A stretch of DNA of 64,000 nt from Candidatus Cloacimonadales bacterium. Its GTDB lineage: Bacteria; Cloacimonadota; Cloacimonadia; Cloacimonadales; JAFGVF01. Of the stretch, positions 52,501-60,129 are shown in pieces (position 1 is the first letter of the stretch; each line of letters begins with the position of its first letter). A program made the translations under genes and the position numbers. The notes under the pieces were generated by a model. That model had not been told where the DNA came from, did not search any database, and saw only the letters and a program-made list of their open reading frames with translations. The DNA lies in assembly GCA_963663475.2 (NCBI GenBank), contig CAXXJV010000001.1, positions 2,304,001 through 2,368,000 on the forward strand. The letters run 5' to 3'.

Positions 52501-53416
52501 GATGATTACCTATAACTATGTTTCTCGTGGCATTTACACCCATGATGACCAAGGTTATAAATTAGTAGATAGAGTTGCAGGTATGGAAGCTTTCTTCCTT
52601 TATAGTGCTTTAGGAGAATTTAATTATGTAACTTTAACATATACTCCTTATAGACATCATTGGCAATTAGATGAAATTCCTACTAATTGGACTGCTAAAA
52701 TCATTGCAGAAGCTAATGAAGACAAAGATAATTTTGTTATTGGTTTCTCAGATTATGCAAGTGATTATCTAGATCCTAATTTAGATTTCCCAAAAGCACC
52801 AAACAAACCATATGATGGTGTTGATATCTATACTAATTATCAAGATGATCTTGAAGTTTACGGACAACAAGATATTAAAGCTCCTCTTGCTCCAGAAGAG
52901 ATAAAAGATTGGACTTTTATTGTTAATGCAAGAAGTCTTGAACCTATTACATTGACTTTTGCATCAGATAATTTCCCTCAAACATCTCTTTATAGTGCTC
53001 TTGAATTCAATGGTAATATTTATTACTTTGATTTAGACCATGATTATGAATTCACTCCTACTGAAATAGGAGAACATCAATTTACACTCAAAATAGCTGA
53101 TAACCCACTAGATAATCAAAATGGAGATGTTAATCCTATTGCCTCTATCTTCAATGTTTATCCAAACCCATTTAATCCTGAAACTACAGTATCTTTTGAT
53201 CTTAAAAAGGAAGGAAAGGTTCAACTTTCTGTCTATAACTTAAGAGGTCAAAAAGTTAAAAGTCTTTGCAATGACGTATTAAGTGCAGGAAGACAAACTT
53301 TTGTATGGAATGGTAAAAATGCTGAAGGTAAACAAACTGCTTCAGGTATTTACTTTATGAAACTTGATAGACAAGGTGAAAAATCTAGGATAAGAAAAGT
53401 AATGTTAATGAAATAA
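49514..53416 (+). CDS. Secreted protein: unassigned N-terminal domain, FN3 domains, FlgD/T9SS-like C-terminal domain
   Basis: Signal peptide; VTGLTPDTDYYFQIRAKD FN3; GWNLLGNPY; YPNPFNP..VYNLRGQKV tail. Confidence 0.85.
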   Translation: MKKLIFTFFVLTCIFSMNALVIETGSLREFLYGQEPTLEYDNYVSHVSEGIASPNYNYYAPFDPQTNGFGDFIIPNTGQLDAWAQISQSFIDQDWQGAQDLLDFYGFPYNVVQFNDTDYDRTYYMLREVLNSDTDNNIDTDTDDDVVGSFDYGWGLYIFNPDAANPIIVTVPHPTDDYPTIVLGYHTFVKWDSAFLMVSGAGREVKWTNVPPYWNSKSISDPTRNLDHPYNESYHVFADYIRDNYGRLEFSAQMHSYDWNDRHTGYPNTQISAGSSRGNVNLPTFDQSNNGQDLLHWSDEIIFPANTFGIHRQVDRNEYYGIHNTVHELYYDNNPETPINTYIDLPGYSQNRQMQYTLSGTTDYDVVDPFFHIEIDELPEVYDQTEANYWWFYGYDPTTAKFVPENIYLMTENFYTYWIDIIAENIDTFIGIDNDSPAPAMPENFAMVAGNYSDILLSWDPVSDHNFQSYEILYSTEPITGLNYQVFDRSNNNSLADQKTTQVNVTGLTPDTDYYFQIRAKDYSGNYSETHEEITAYTTPVKFLSLEAKADDPYIQIEWKTMYESNLSIFKVMRRNLGSEDWEIVSENILANNSANLNTYTWYDESAEYGNYYEYKLQVYNQAGSTYQYDLVVSAHFSDFLTLVASNNDGTVSDQVIFGVNEDASDSYESKYDQTTSTSGTGTYVLAAFYEQYYQSAQRYLEKNIYGNIDLEEDYKTYTFQVKSSLYNQQLKITLEDFAQDRFSRKVWLKESNNNYVDLTQEPLYFTVSNSSFKTFTLYYGNINPTLVMSSAPAEKIHHPNDIINFQWSYQNNEMLDHYRLDLISATDSVNIEDNVSADTYFFPWLVPYETSIEDAKFVITAFANDGEVRRFESSWNMGVLPTELTYDFDAGWQLVSHVWEADAPSASEIFGPGTSLVEYMPSQVYEPTLFYSQGNGYWANLPEAYQTTNSGDINNEEVTVEIHQGWNLLGNPYPSEIDLSSLIFNVDGSDYTLGEMITYNYVSRGIYTHDDQGYKLVDRVAGMEAFFLYSALGEFNYVTLTYTPYRHHWQLDEIPTNWTAKIIAEANEDKDNFVIGFSDYASDYLDPNLDFPKAPNKPYDGVDIYTNYQDDLEVYGQQDIKAPLAPEEIKDWTFIVNARSLEPITLTFASDNFPQTSLYSALEFNGNIYYFDLDHDYEFTPTEIGEHQFTLKIADNPLDNQNGDVNPIASIFNVYPNPFNPETTVSFDLKKEGKVQLSVYNLRGQKVKSLCNDVLSAGRQTFVWNGKNAEGKQTASGIYFMKLDRQGEKSRIRKVMLMK

Positions 53417-53441
53417 TTAACATAAATATAAATATAAGTAT

Positions 53442-53468
53442 AACCCCTCTAATTAGAGGGGTTTTTTG
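53442..53468 (+). terminator. Intrinsic terminator
   Basis: AACCCCTCT-AATT-AGAGGGGTT followed by a T-tract, 25 nt after the stop. Confidence 0.85.
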
Positions 53469-53588
53469 GTTTAAGTTTAACCCAAATAGAGCTGTAGACT
53501 TTTGTGAATAGTCCTATATTCTTTTAGGAAATTATTAAAGTATAATTTTGAAATAAAAACCATCTTCTTTCTTATTCCATCCTTATTC

Positions 53589-53645
53589 CTTCCTTTACAC
53601 TCTTTCGATGAAAAGCGGACTTTCATCGAAAGAGTGTAAAGGAAG
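53589..53645. repeat. Long palindromic element family P, copy 3
   Basis: 25-bp perfect stem CTTCCTTTACACTCTTTCGATGAAA, loop AGCGGAC. Confidence 0.9.
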
Positions 53646-53911
53646 CTACAAGGATGAATATAAGTTAAATGCATGTTTCTATAACCCTGATTTATGTAAT
53701 TGAACTTTGGGAAATAATAGAGATTCACCAAAAAATCGGTTCTCTCCAAAGAAGACTAGACTTCCTCAATAGTACATTTTAATCCAAATAATGCATTATT
53801 GAGGTTAAACCACAATTTCAATGAAACATTCTGATTTACTTGAGTATTTTTTGTCAAGTACCAATATAGTGGACACCTTTTTTATGTATCCTGAGGGGAT
53901 AAGTCTTGAAT

Positions 53912-53998
53912 CCCCAAAAGGGGATAAATAGTTTAGCCCAGGGTAAATTCCTGAAGGGAATGCAACCCTGGGTACTGGTGATGAAAAACAAAGCCTAA
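53912..53998. repeat. Family R element, left part of the IS-interrupted copy
   Basis: Matches 30664-30746 up to AAAGCCTAA. Confidence 0.85.
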
Positions 53999-54068
53999 TG
54001 TCAATAGCAGTTTAAATTGGTACAGTTTTGGCAGTTTAAAATGGTACACTATTGTAAATCATATTTCC

Positions 54069-54797
54069 TTATAGTTTTCCTTTCATTCTATAACTATTTC
54101 CATCTATTAGAACTGTTTCTGCATGATGAACTAATCTATCTACTATAGCAGTAGTTATTACATTATCTCCAAAGGATTCTCCCCACTCTTGGAATAGCCT
54201 ATTAGAGGTAATGATAATAGACCTATATTCATATAACTCATTTATTAGCTTAAAAAATAAACTCGCATTTACTGCCTTAATAGGAAGATAGCCTATCTCA
54301 TCAATAATAATAAGATCATTTTTTACTAACTTTGAAATCCATTTTTTGAAGTTATTTTCTACATTAGCAATAATCATTTCATCAATTAGGTCATTCATAT
54401 TGTAAAAAATAACTTTATATCCTTTTAAGATAGCTTCATATCCTAAAGCTATAGATATATGAGTTTTACCTACACCAGGAGGACCCATTAATATTTTGTT
54501 TTCTCTGTTATCTATCCAAGTAAAGTCCTTCCACTCAGTAATCATTCTTTTAGTTATTGAATGCTGATATTTAAAATCAAAATCATCAAAACTTTTCAAA
54601 AGAGGAAATTTTGACCTTCTAATCTGTAAATTTATCATCGTTTGATTTCTACTATTGCATTCATTATCAATTACATATGAAAGAAAATTCATATAAGATA
54701 AATGATTATCTTGTGCATATTTAAGATATGATTCTAAATTATTAATAGTATGCCTGCATCTTAGTCTAAATAGATTTTTCTTTAATGTTTCGATCAT
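54069..54797 (-). CDS. istB: IS21 helper ATPase
   Basis: GPPGVGKTH, IIDEIGYLP, IITSN, DRLVHH, SYRM; 4-nt overlap with istA. Confidence 0.95.
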   Translation of the reverse strand: MIETLKKNLFRLRCRHTINNLESYLKYAQDNHLSYMNFLSYVIDNECNSRNQTMINLQIRRSKFPLLKSFDDFDFKYQHSITKRMITEWKDFTWIDNRENKILMGPPGVGKTHISIALGYEAILKGYKVIFYNMNDLIDEMIIANVENNFKKWISKLVKNDLIIIDEIGYLPIKAVNASLFFKLINELYEYRSIIITSNRLFQEWGESFGDNVITTAIVDRLVHHAETVLIDGNSYRMKGKL

Positions 54798-56278
54798 TTT
54801 TTTACCACCTTATTATAAATTGATAAATCTCTCTGTATAACTGATTTTTTTGTTTCTATTATCCCATTGACTTGATTTTGATAGTTAGCAGATAACTTAT
54901 TGCCTTTTATCTCTTCTTTGACTATAGACTCTATCTTTGTTGCTTTTATATCTTCTAATTCTAGTGCTTTAGAAATTATGTTTGACCAATTTAAGTATTT
55001 ATTTTTATTATACATTTTTAAAAATGCTAATAGTTGCTCTCTGGGATTTCTGTGATTATGTGCTATGAGTAAATTTAATAAAAGGATTATCTTGTCATTA
55101 TTGGGGAATAGTGAGCAAATATCTTCCTTTATATTATTAATTGTTTTCGAGTAGTCTATGTAATGACATTGAGATATGATAGGTTTTGTTCTTTCTCTGG
55201 AAATCCTATGAGATGCAACTTTTTTTCTACTATTCCTATCTATTATTTCTAAAGTGTCTTCATTTTCTTTAACTATAACTATCTTTTGTTGATAGATATA
55301 AGGAACTGAATATTTGTTACCATTCCATGAGATAAGACCTGTTTTATCTACTTTTCGTGTCTCTGCAATATTTAGGTTATATCTTCTTAATAGTTTTTCT
55401 TCTTCTTTAAACATTACTATAGGTCTTTCTCTAAGCGTACTGTGGATACGATTATTTACTTCTTCTAACCAGCTTTTTGATTTCAACTTAACTTCAGATA
55501 AACTAGTAAATACTTCACCATCAAGAAAATCATACTTAACTTCTTGAACTTGTCTTTCTACCAACCCTTTACTTTCAGGATCATAACCTTCACAAACATA
55601 AGGACTTATTGTTAGATTATTCATAAATTGAAAAAACTTATTATTATAAGTTACTTCTCGATAAATCTCCTTTATAACGACTAGTTTTGTTTGATCATAA
55701 ACCATTGTCTCTGGGATATATCCAAAATATTCAAAGCAATCTTTATGGGCTTGGATGAAGTCTTGAGTCTTATAAGGTCTTGTTTGAAAATGTACATATT
55801 TCATTCGTGAATAGCAATAGCTAAACACACAAAAGTATATTTTTAACTTGCTCTTATCAGATAAATAGATATTATACTCTCCGGGATCAACCTGCATCTG
55901 ATTTCCTGGTTCATAATTGACAACTCGATAATAACGCTTAGTTGGTTGTATTAAATTATTTTTTATTTTTTTTGAAAAATTAAAAAAAGCTCTTTGTTTT
56001 ACAGGTAATTTTCCATGCTGTTTGGATAATTTACGATATAATTTACTTAATCGCATATTAGGAAATTTTGTTAAATGTTTGCTAATTTCTTCCCTGTAAA
56101 TTTCGAGCTTACTTGTTCGATTGACTTTCATTAAAGTTTTTTCTACGGTTTCAATGTCTTTTTGTAAGTAACCCATAACTGTTGTTTTAGAGATACTTAA
56201 CTGTTCTGCTATTTCTCTTATACTCTTGCCATTTTCTCTTAATACTCTTATTGCGTGATACACTTGGACTCCTTTCAT
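54794..56278 (-). CDS. istA: IS21 DDE transposase
   Basis: N-terminal HTH, PGNQMQVD, YSR, VYDQ, ESKGLVER, N.RIH.T. Confidence 0.95.
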   Translation of the reverse strand: MKGVQVYHAIRVLRENGKSIREIAEQLSISKTTVMGYLQKDIETVEKTLMKVNRTSKLEIYREEISKHLTKFPNMRLSKLYRKLSKQHGKLPVKQRAFFNFSKKIKNNLIQPTKRYYRVVNYEPGNQMQVDPGEYNIYLSDKSKLKIYFCVFSYCYSRMKYVHFQTRPYKTQDFIQAHKDCFEYFGYIPETMVYDQTKLVVIKEIYREVTYNNKFFQFMNNLTISPYVCEGYDPESKGLVERQVQEVKYDFLDGEVFTSLSEVKLKSKSWLEEVNNRIHSTLRERPIVMFKEEEKLLRRYNLNIAETRKVDKTGLISWNGNKYSVPYIYQQKIVIVKENEDTLEIIDRNSRKKVASHRISRERTKPIISQCHYIDYSKTINNIKEDICSLFPNNDKIILLLNLLIAHNHRNPREQLLAFLKMYNKNKYLNWSNIISKALELEDIKATKIESIVKEEIKGNKLSANYQNQVNGIIETKKSVIQRDLSIYNKVVKK

Positions 56279-56367
56279 ATTGTCTCCTAGATTTCTCTAT
56301 TTTTTTATCTAGGAAACTGTACCAGATTAAACTGCCATTTGTGTACCAATTTAAAATGCCATCTACA

Positions 56368-56630
56368 CCTAACCCTGAAAGGGTTAAATAACATCATATA
56401 TACCATAGACTTATTATAATCCCAAATAATGCATTATTTATCATTTTATTAAACCCTTACAGGGTAATATCTTTGGGCTAGCCATCTTTACCCAGGGTTG
56501 CGATACTTTCAGCATCTTACCCTGGGCTAAATTATTTTATCCCTTTCAGGGATTTTTGATGAATCAATATTTAATAAAATATTCTCATTTTCCTATATTA
56601 TTCCCACACCAGACTTGAACTTGAGCCTAA
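56368..56630. repeat. Family R element, right part of the IS-interrupted copy
   Basis: Matches 30742-30990, from CCTAACCCTGAAAGGGTT to ACTTGAACTTGAGCCTAA. Confidence 0.85.
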
Positions 56631-56795
56631 TAAACACAAATTAACACTAATAATCAATATCTTAAAATCCTTAACACAGAGTTTTTAAGAAAAGGGAAGG
56701 AAGAAGGAAGAAAATTGCCACCGAAAACACTGTGAAAACACCGATATTAATGTCTCTCTCTTTGAGTAAAAGCTCTTTCATTTTTCACTTTTAGC

Positions 56796-56880
56796 GAAAG
56801 GGGAATGTTTACTCTCCCCGCCTTACGGCACCCCTCTCATACCGCTCTTTCGAGCTGAAAGGGGAATGTTTACTCTCCCC
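56796..56880. repeat. GC-rich structured repeat: two identical 24-bp units separated by 37 nt
   Basis: GAAAGGGGAATGTTTACTCTCCCC at 56796-56819 and 56857-56880. Confidence 0.85.
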
Positions 56881-56916
56881 TATTTTAGTCATGCCACAAA
56901 TAGCTTAGTATAATTT

Positions 56917-57056
56917 AACCCAGGGTTACGATACTTTCTGCATCTTACTCTGGGCTAAACTATTTAATCCTTACAGGGATATTTGATAATAAGTCACACT
57001 ATTAATGAAATATTCGGATTTACTTAAGTTTTTCACCAAACTTGAACTTGATCCTT
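56917..57056. repeat. Family R element, degenerate right-half copy
   Basis: ACCCAGGGTTACGATACTTTC..TGGGCTAAA..CAGGGAT..ACTTGAACTTGA. Confidence 0.75.
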
Positions 57057-57079
57057 AATTATTAGAAACTTGCCCAAAT

Positions 57080-58147
57080 TTAGATATATTTTTTAAGGAT
57101 ATGTGCTCCAGTAATTAAGTCTTCTTGAGGCAAGGCATAAGAAATTCTTATCCAATTTGCTAACCTCGGAGAGAAGGCTATCCCAGGAATAACAATTACT
57201 TTGTATTCTAACATTTTTTTAGCAAATTCGTAACCATCTTTAAGAATATTAATAAAAATATAGGGAGCAGCATCTGATTTAATTGGAGATAAATTTGACA
57301 TAATATCATGAAAGTTGCGATAGTTTAGTCGTAATTTAGCCCTCAGCTCTCTTTGATAGAGGTCTGCTTCTTGGGTAAAAGCATATTCGCATAAACGTTG
57401 ACTGAGATAATTTGCACAAGTAGTAAGATATTGGTGAGTTACACTTATCTCTTGAGCAATTTCAAGTGGAGCTTTAACCCAGCCAATCCTCCAACCAGTC
57501 ATACAGTGAGATTTCGATAATCCCGAAACTATAATGGATTTATCATAGATTTCATGAGCAGATGGGGCTTGCTTTTCCAAATAGAGGCTTGAATAAATTT
57601 CATCTGAAATTAGGTATAAATCATGAATTCTACATGAGTTTGCAATAACATTAAGCTCATTTTCACTTAAAGAAGTTGAGCTAGGATTTCCAGGACTATT
57701 TATCAAAATGGCTTTTGTTTTAGGACTTATCTGTGAAAACAAAGAATCTTTATCTAAGGAAAAATTATGTCTTTCATCTAACTTATAATATTTAGCAACT
57801 CCTCCAAGCATTTTAACAATAGATTGATAAGCAGAGAATCCAGGATCAGGGAGAATAATCTCATCTCCTGGATTAAGAATTGTTTTTAGACTAGCATAGA
57901 GAGCTTCTTGCGCTCCATTAGTTAATACAACCTGCTGGTAATTGGCTCCAGAGTATTGATTAGCAACGGCTATGCGAGAGTTCTTTAAGCCTGCATTAGG
58001 TGTATAACGCAAGTTTTCATTGAACAAAATTTTTACTGCTTCACTATGTAAGTATTCTGGCATAGGAAATTGTAGCTCACCTAAACCTAGATTTATAGAA
58101 TCAGGTGGAGCTGAATCAAATATTTGCCTTATTATAGACTTTTCCAT
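57080..58147 (-). CDS. PLP-dependent class I/II aminotransferase (possible DapC-type role from adjacency to dapD)
   Basis: INLGLGE, NSPGNP, SDEIY, GLSKSHCMTGWRIGW. Confidence 0.88.
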   Translation of the reverse strand: MEKSIIRQIFDSAPPDSINLGLGELQFPMPEYLHSEAVKILFNENLRYTPNAGLKNSRIAVANQYSGANYQQVVLTNGAQEALYASLKTILNPGDEIILPDPGFSAYQSIVKMLGGVAKYYKLDERHNFSLDKDSLFSQISPKTKAILINSPGNPSSTSLSENELNVIANSCRIHDLYLISDEIYSSLYLEKQAPSAHEIYDKSIIVSGLSKSHCMTGWRIGWVKAPLEIAQEISVTHQYLTTCANYLSQRLCEYAFTQEADLYQRELRAKLRLNYRNFHDIMSNLSPIKSDAAPYIFINILKDGYEFAKKMLEYKVIVIPGIAFSPRLANWIRISYALPQEDLITGAHILKKYI

Positions 58148-58157
58148 TGATAATACC

Positions 58158-58964
58158 TTATCTTAAAAGTTTTTCTAATTCTACTGATGCAGATGACTTA
58201 GCATCACGGTATTTCACAATAATTGGACAGTATAAGTGAAAGTTTGGGTTTGATTTAAGTGGTCTACTACCAGGTACTACAACTGCATTTTCTGGTATGC
58301 AAGGAGACTTCTCAAAATCTAAATACTTATCATTTACTGCATCGAAAACAGGAGTAGCTTTGGTGATTATTGTTCCTGGTGCTAAAATAGCATTCTTTTG
58401 AATAATTACACCTTCATATAATCCACTATTACCGCCTATGAAGGCATTATCTTCAATTATAACTGGTTGGGCATTTATTGGCTCTAAAACTCCTCCAACC
58501 ATAGCACCAGCAGAAAGATGAACCCCTTTGCCGATTTGAGCACATGAACCTACTAGAGCATGAGAATCTACCATTGTTCCTGTATCGACATAAGCACCTA
58601 CATTTATATAAGCTGGAGGCATAATTGTTACGCCTTTGGCTACATAAGCGCCAGATCTAATCGATGAACCACCAGGTACTATCCTAATACCTGACTTTGC
58701 TGTTATACTTTTTTCTGGATAAGTGTTTTTATCTGTGAAGTTTTTATTCTGCGAATATGGCATATCGATTATCTCACCAAGCCTAAAGCCTAATAATATA
58801 CCCTTCTTTACCCATTCATTAACTATCCATTTTCCATCTACTTGCTGTGCAGATCGTATTTCTCCTGTGTTCAAGAGATTGATAAATTGATTAAAAATCT
58901 CTATTGCTTGAATTTTATTAAAGTCTTTGTCTTCATAGATTGCTAATATTTTTTCTTTAATCAT
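58158..58964 (-). CDS. dapD: 2,3,4,5-tetrahydropyridine-2,6-dicarboxylate N-succinyltransferase
   Basis: WVKKGILLGF, RIVPG, NVGAYVD.GTMVD, VGSCAQIG, GGVLEP. Confidence 0.93.
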   Translation of the reverse strand: MIKEKILAIYEDKDFNKIQAIEIFNQFINLLNTGEIRSAQQVDGKWIVNEWVKKGILLGFRLGEIIDMPYSQNKNFTDKNTYPEKSITAKSGIRIVPGGSSIRSGAYVAKGVTIMPPAYINVGAYVDTGTMVDSHALVGSCAQIGKGVHLSAGAMVGGVLEPINAQPVIIEDNAFIGGNSGLYEGVIIQKNAILAPGTIITKATPVFDAVNDKYLDFEKSPCIPENAVVVPGSRPLKSNPNFHLYCPIIVKYRDAKSSASVELEKLLR

Positions 58965-58965
58965 T

Positions 58966-60129
58966 TTACAGGTCCTTTAAAGCATTTTCAAGATTATCCA
59001 TTGCTTGCACAAGAATAGAACGAGGACAAGCAAAGTTTAATCTCATGAAACCAGATCCTCTTTGACCAAATGAGACACCAGCATTTAAGGCTAATTTCGC
59101 TTTGTTCTTACAGAAGTCAGCTAATTGTTCATCGGTTAATTCTAATTCTCTAAAATCTAACCAAGCTAGATAAGTTGCTTGTGATTTATTCATTTTTACT
59201 TTAGGCATTTTAGCAATTCTCTCGAAGAGATAATCACGATTATTCTTAAGATATACTAAGAGTTCTTTTAGCCAATCTTCCCCATCTTCATATGCAGATT
59301 TAAAGGCAACTGTTCCTAGAGCATTTGAACCATATACATGAATATCAAAAAGATAGGTCCTAATTCTATCAAATAAGTCACTATTAGGAGCGATAATAAC
59401 AGAAGCTTGCAGACCAGCGATATTATACGTTTTAGCAGGAGACATCATAGTAATAGTGAAATCAGAAAAATCTTCAAGAGAAGCTATAGGAATATGTTTC
59501 GCACCAGGATAAACTAAATCATTATGAATTTCATCCGAGAATATTAAAACATTATGTTTCTTGCACAGATTTCCAATTTTGCTAAGTTCTTCTTTTGTCC
59601 AAACTCGGCCAACTGGGTTATGAGGAGAACAGAAGATAAATATCTTACTCTCGGCTAGCTTTGCTTCCAAATCAGCATAATCAATGGTATAATGACCATC
59701 AGATTCAATTAGATTATTAACTAGCAAGGATCTCTTGTGGGCCAGAACTGCTTGTCCAAATGGAGCATAAACAGGTTCTTGGATAGTTATCTTATCTCCA
59801 GGTTTGCTGAATATCTTGACCATAAAATTTATTGCAGGAACTATTCCAGGAGACATTTGCAACCATTCTGTTTTTAACTTCCAGTTATGGCCTTTTTCAA
59901 TATAATTTATAAATCCTTCGAAATGATTTGCTTGTTTAAAATTATAACCAAAAATTGGATGTTCCATTCTCTTACTAATCTTAGCAAGAATTTCAGGCGC
60001 TACTGCAAAATCCATGTCAGCTACCCATAATGCTAAGAGGTCATCACGTCCATAAACAGCAGACATAGCATCATATTTAAAACATCCAGATCCTTTTCTA
60101 TTATATATTTCATCAAAGTTATACTTCAT
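58966..60129 (-). CDS. patB: MalY/PatB family PLP-dependent C-S lyase
   Basis: LWVADMDF, HPIFGY, CSPHNPVGRVW, SDEIH, KTYNIAG, TYLAWLD, RLNFAC. Confidence 0.9.
   Translation of the reverse strand: MKYNFDEIYNRKGSGCFKYDAMSAVYGRDDLLALWVADMDFAVAPEILAKISKRMEHPIFGYNFKQANHFEGFINYIEKGHNWKLKTEWLQMSPGIVPAINFMVKIFSKPGDKITIQEPVYAPFGQAVLAHKRSLLVNNLIESDGHYTIDYADLEAKLAESKIFIFCSPHNPVGRVWTKEELSKIGNLCKKHNVLIFSDEIHNDLVYPGAKHIPIASLEDFSDFTITMMSPAKTYNIAGLQASVIIAPNSDLFDRIRTYLFDIHVYGSNALGTVAFKSAYEDGEDWLKELLVYLKNNRDYLFERIAKMPKVKMNKSQATYLAWLDFRELELTDEQLADFCKNKAKLALNAGVSFGQRGSGFMRLNFACPRSILVQAMDNLENALKDL

Larger units (their letters stand above)
53999..56367 (-). mobile_element. Complete IS21-family insertion sequence (2369 bp) with 5-bp target duplication CCTAA
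   Basis: Ends TGTCAATAGCAGTTTAAATTGGTACA and TGTACCAATTTAAAATGCCATCTACA, each with a second internal repeat; CCTAA at 53994-53998 and 56368-56372; contains istA-istB. Confidence 0.95.

Noticed and set aside
53477-53749. 90-aa minus-strand ORF
   Set aside because: Spans family P palindrome copy 3, has a TTG start and shows no recognisable homology
56796-56880. Mini CRISPR array
   Set aside because: Only two units, a structured spacer, and no leader or cas genes; kept as a generic repeat
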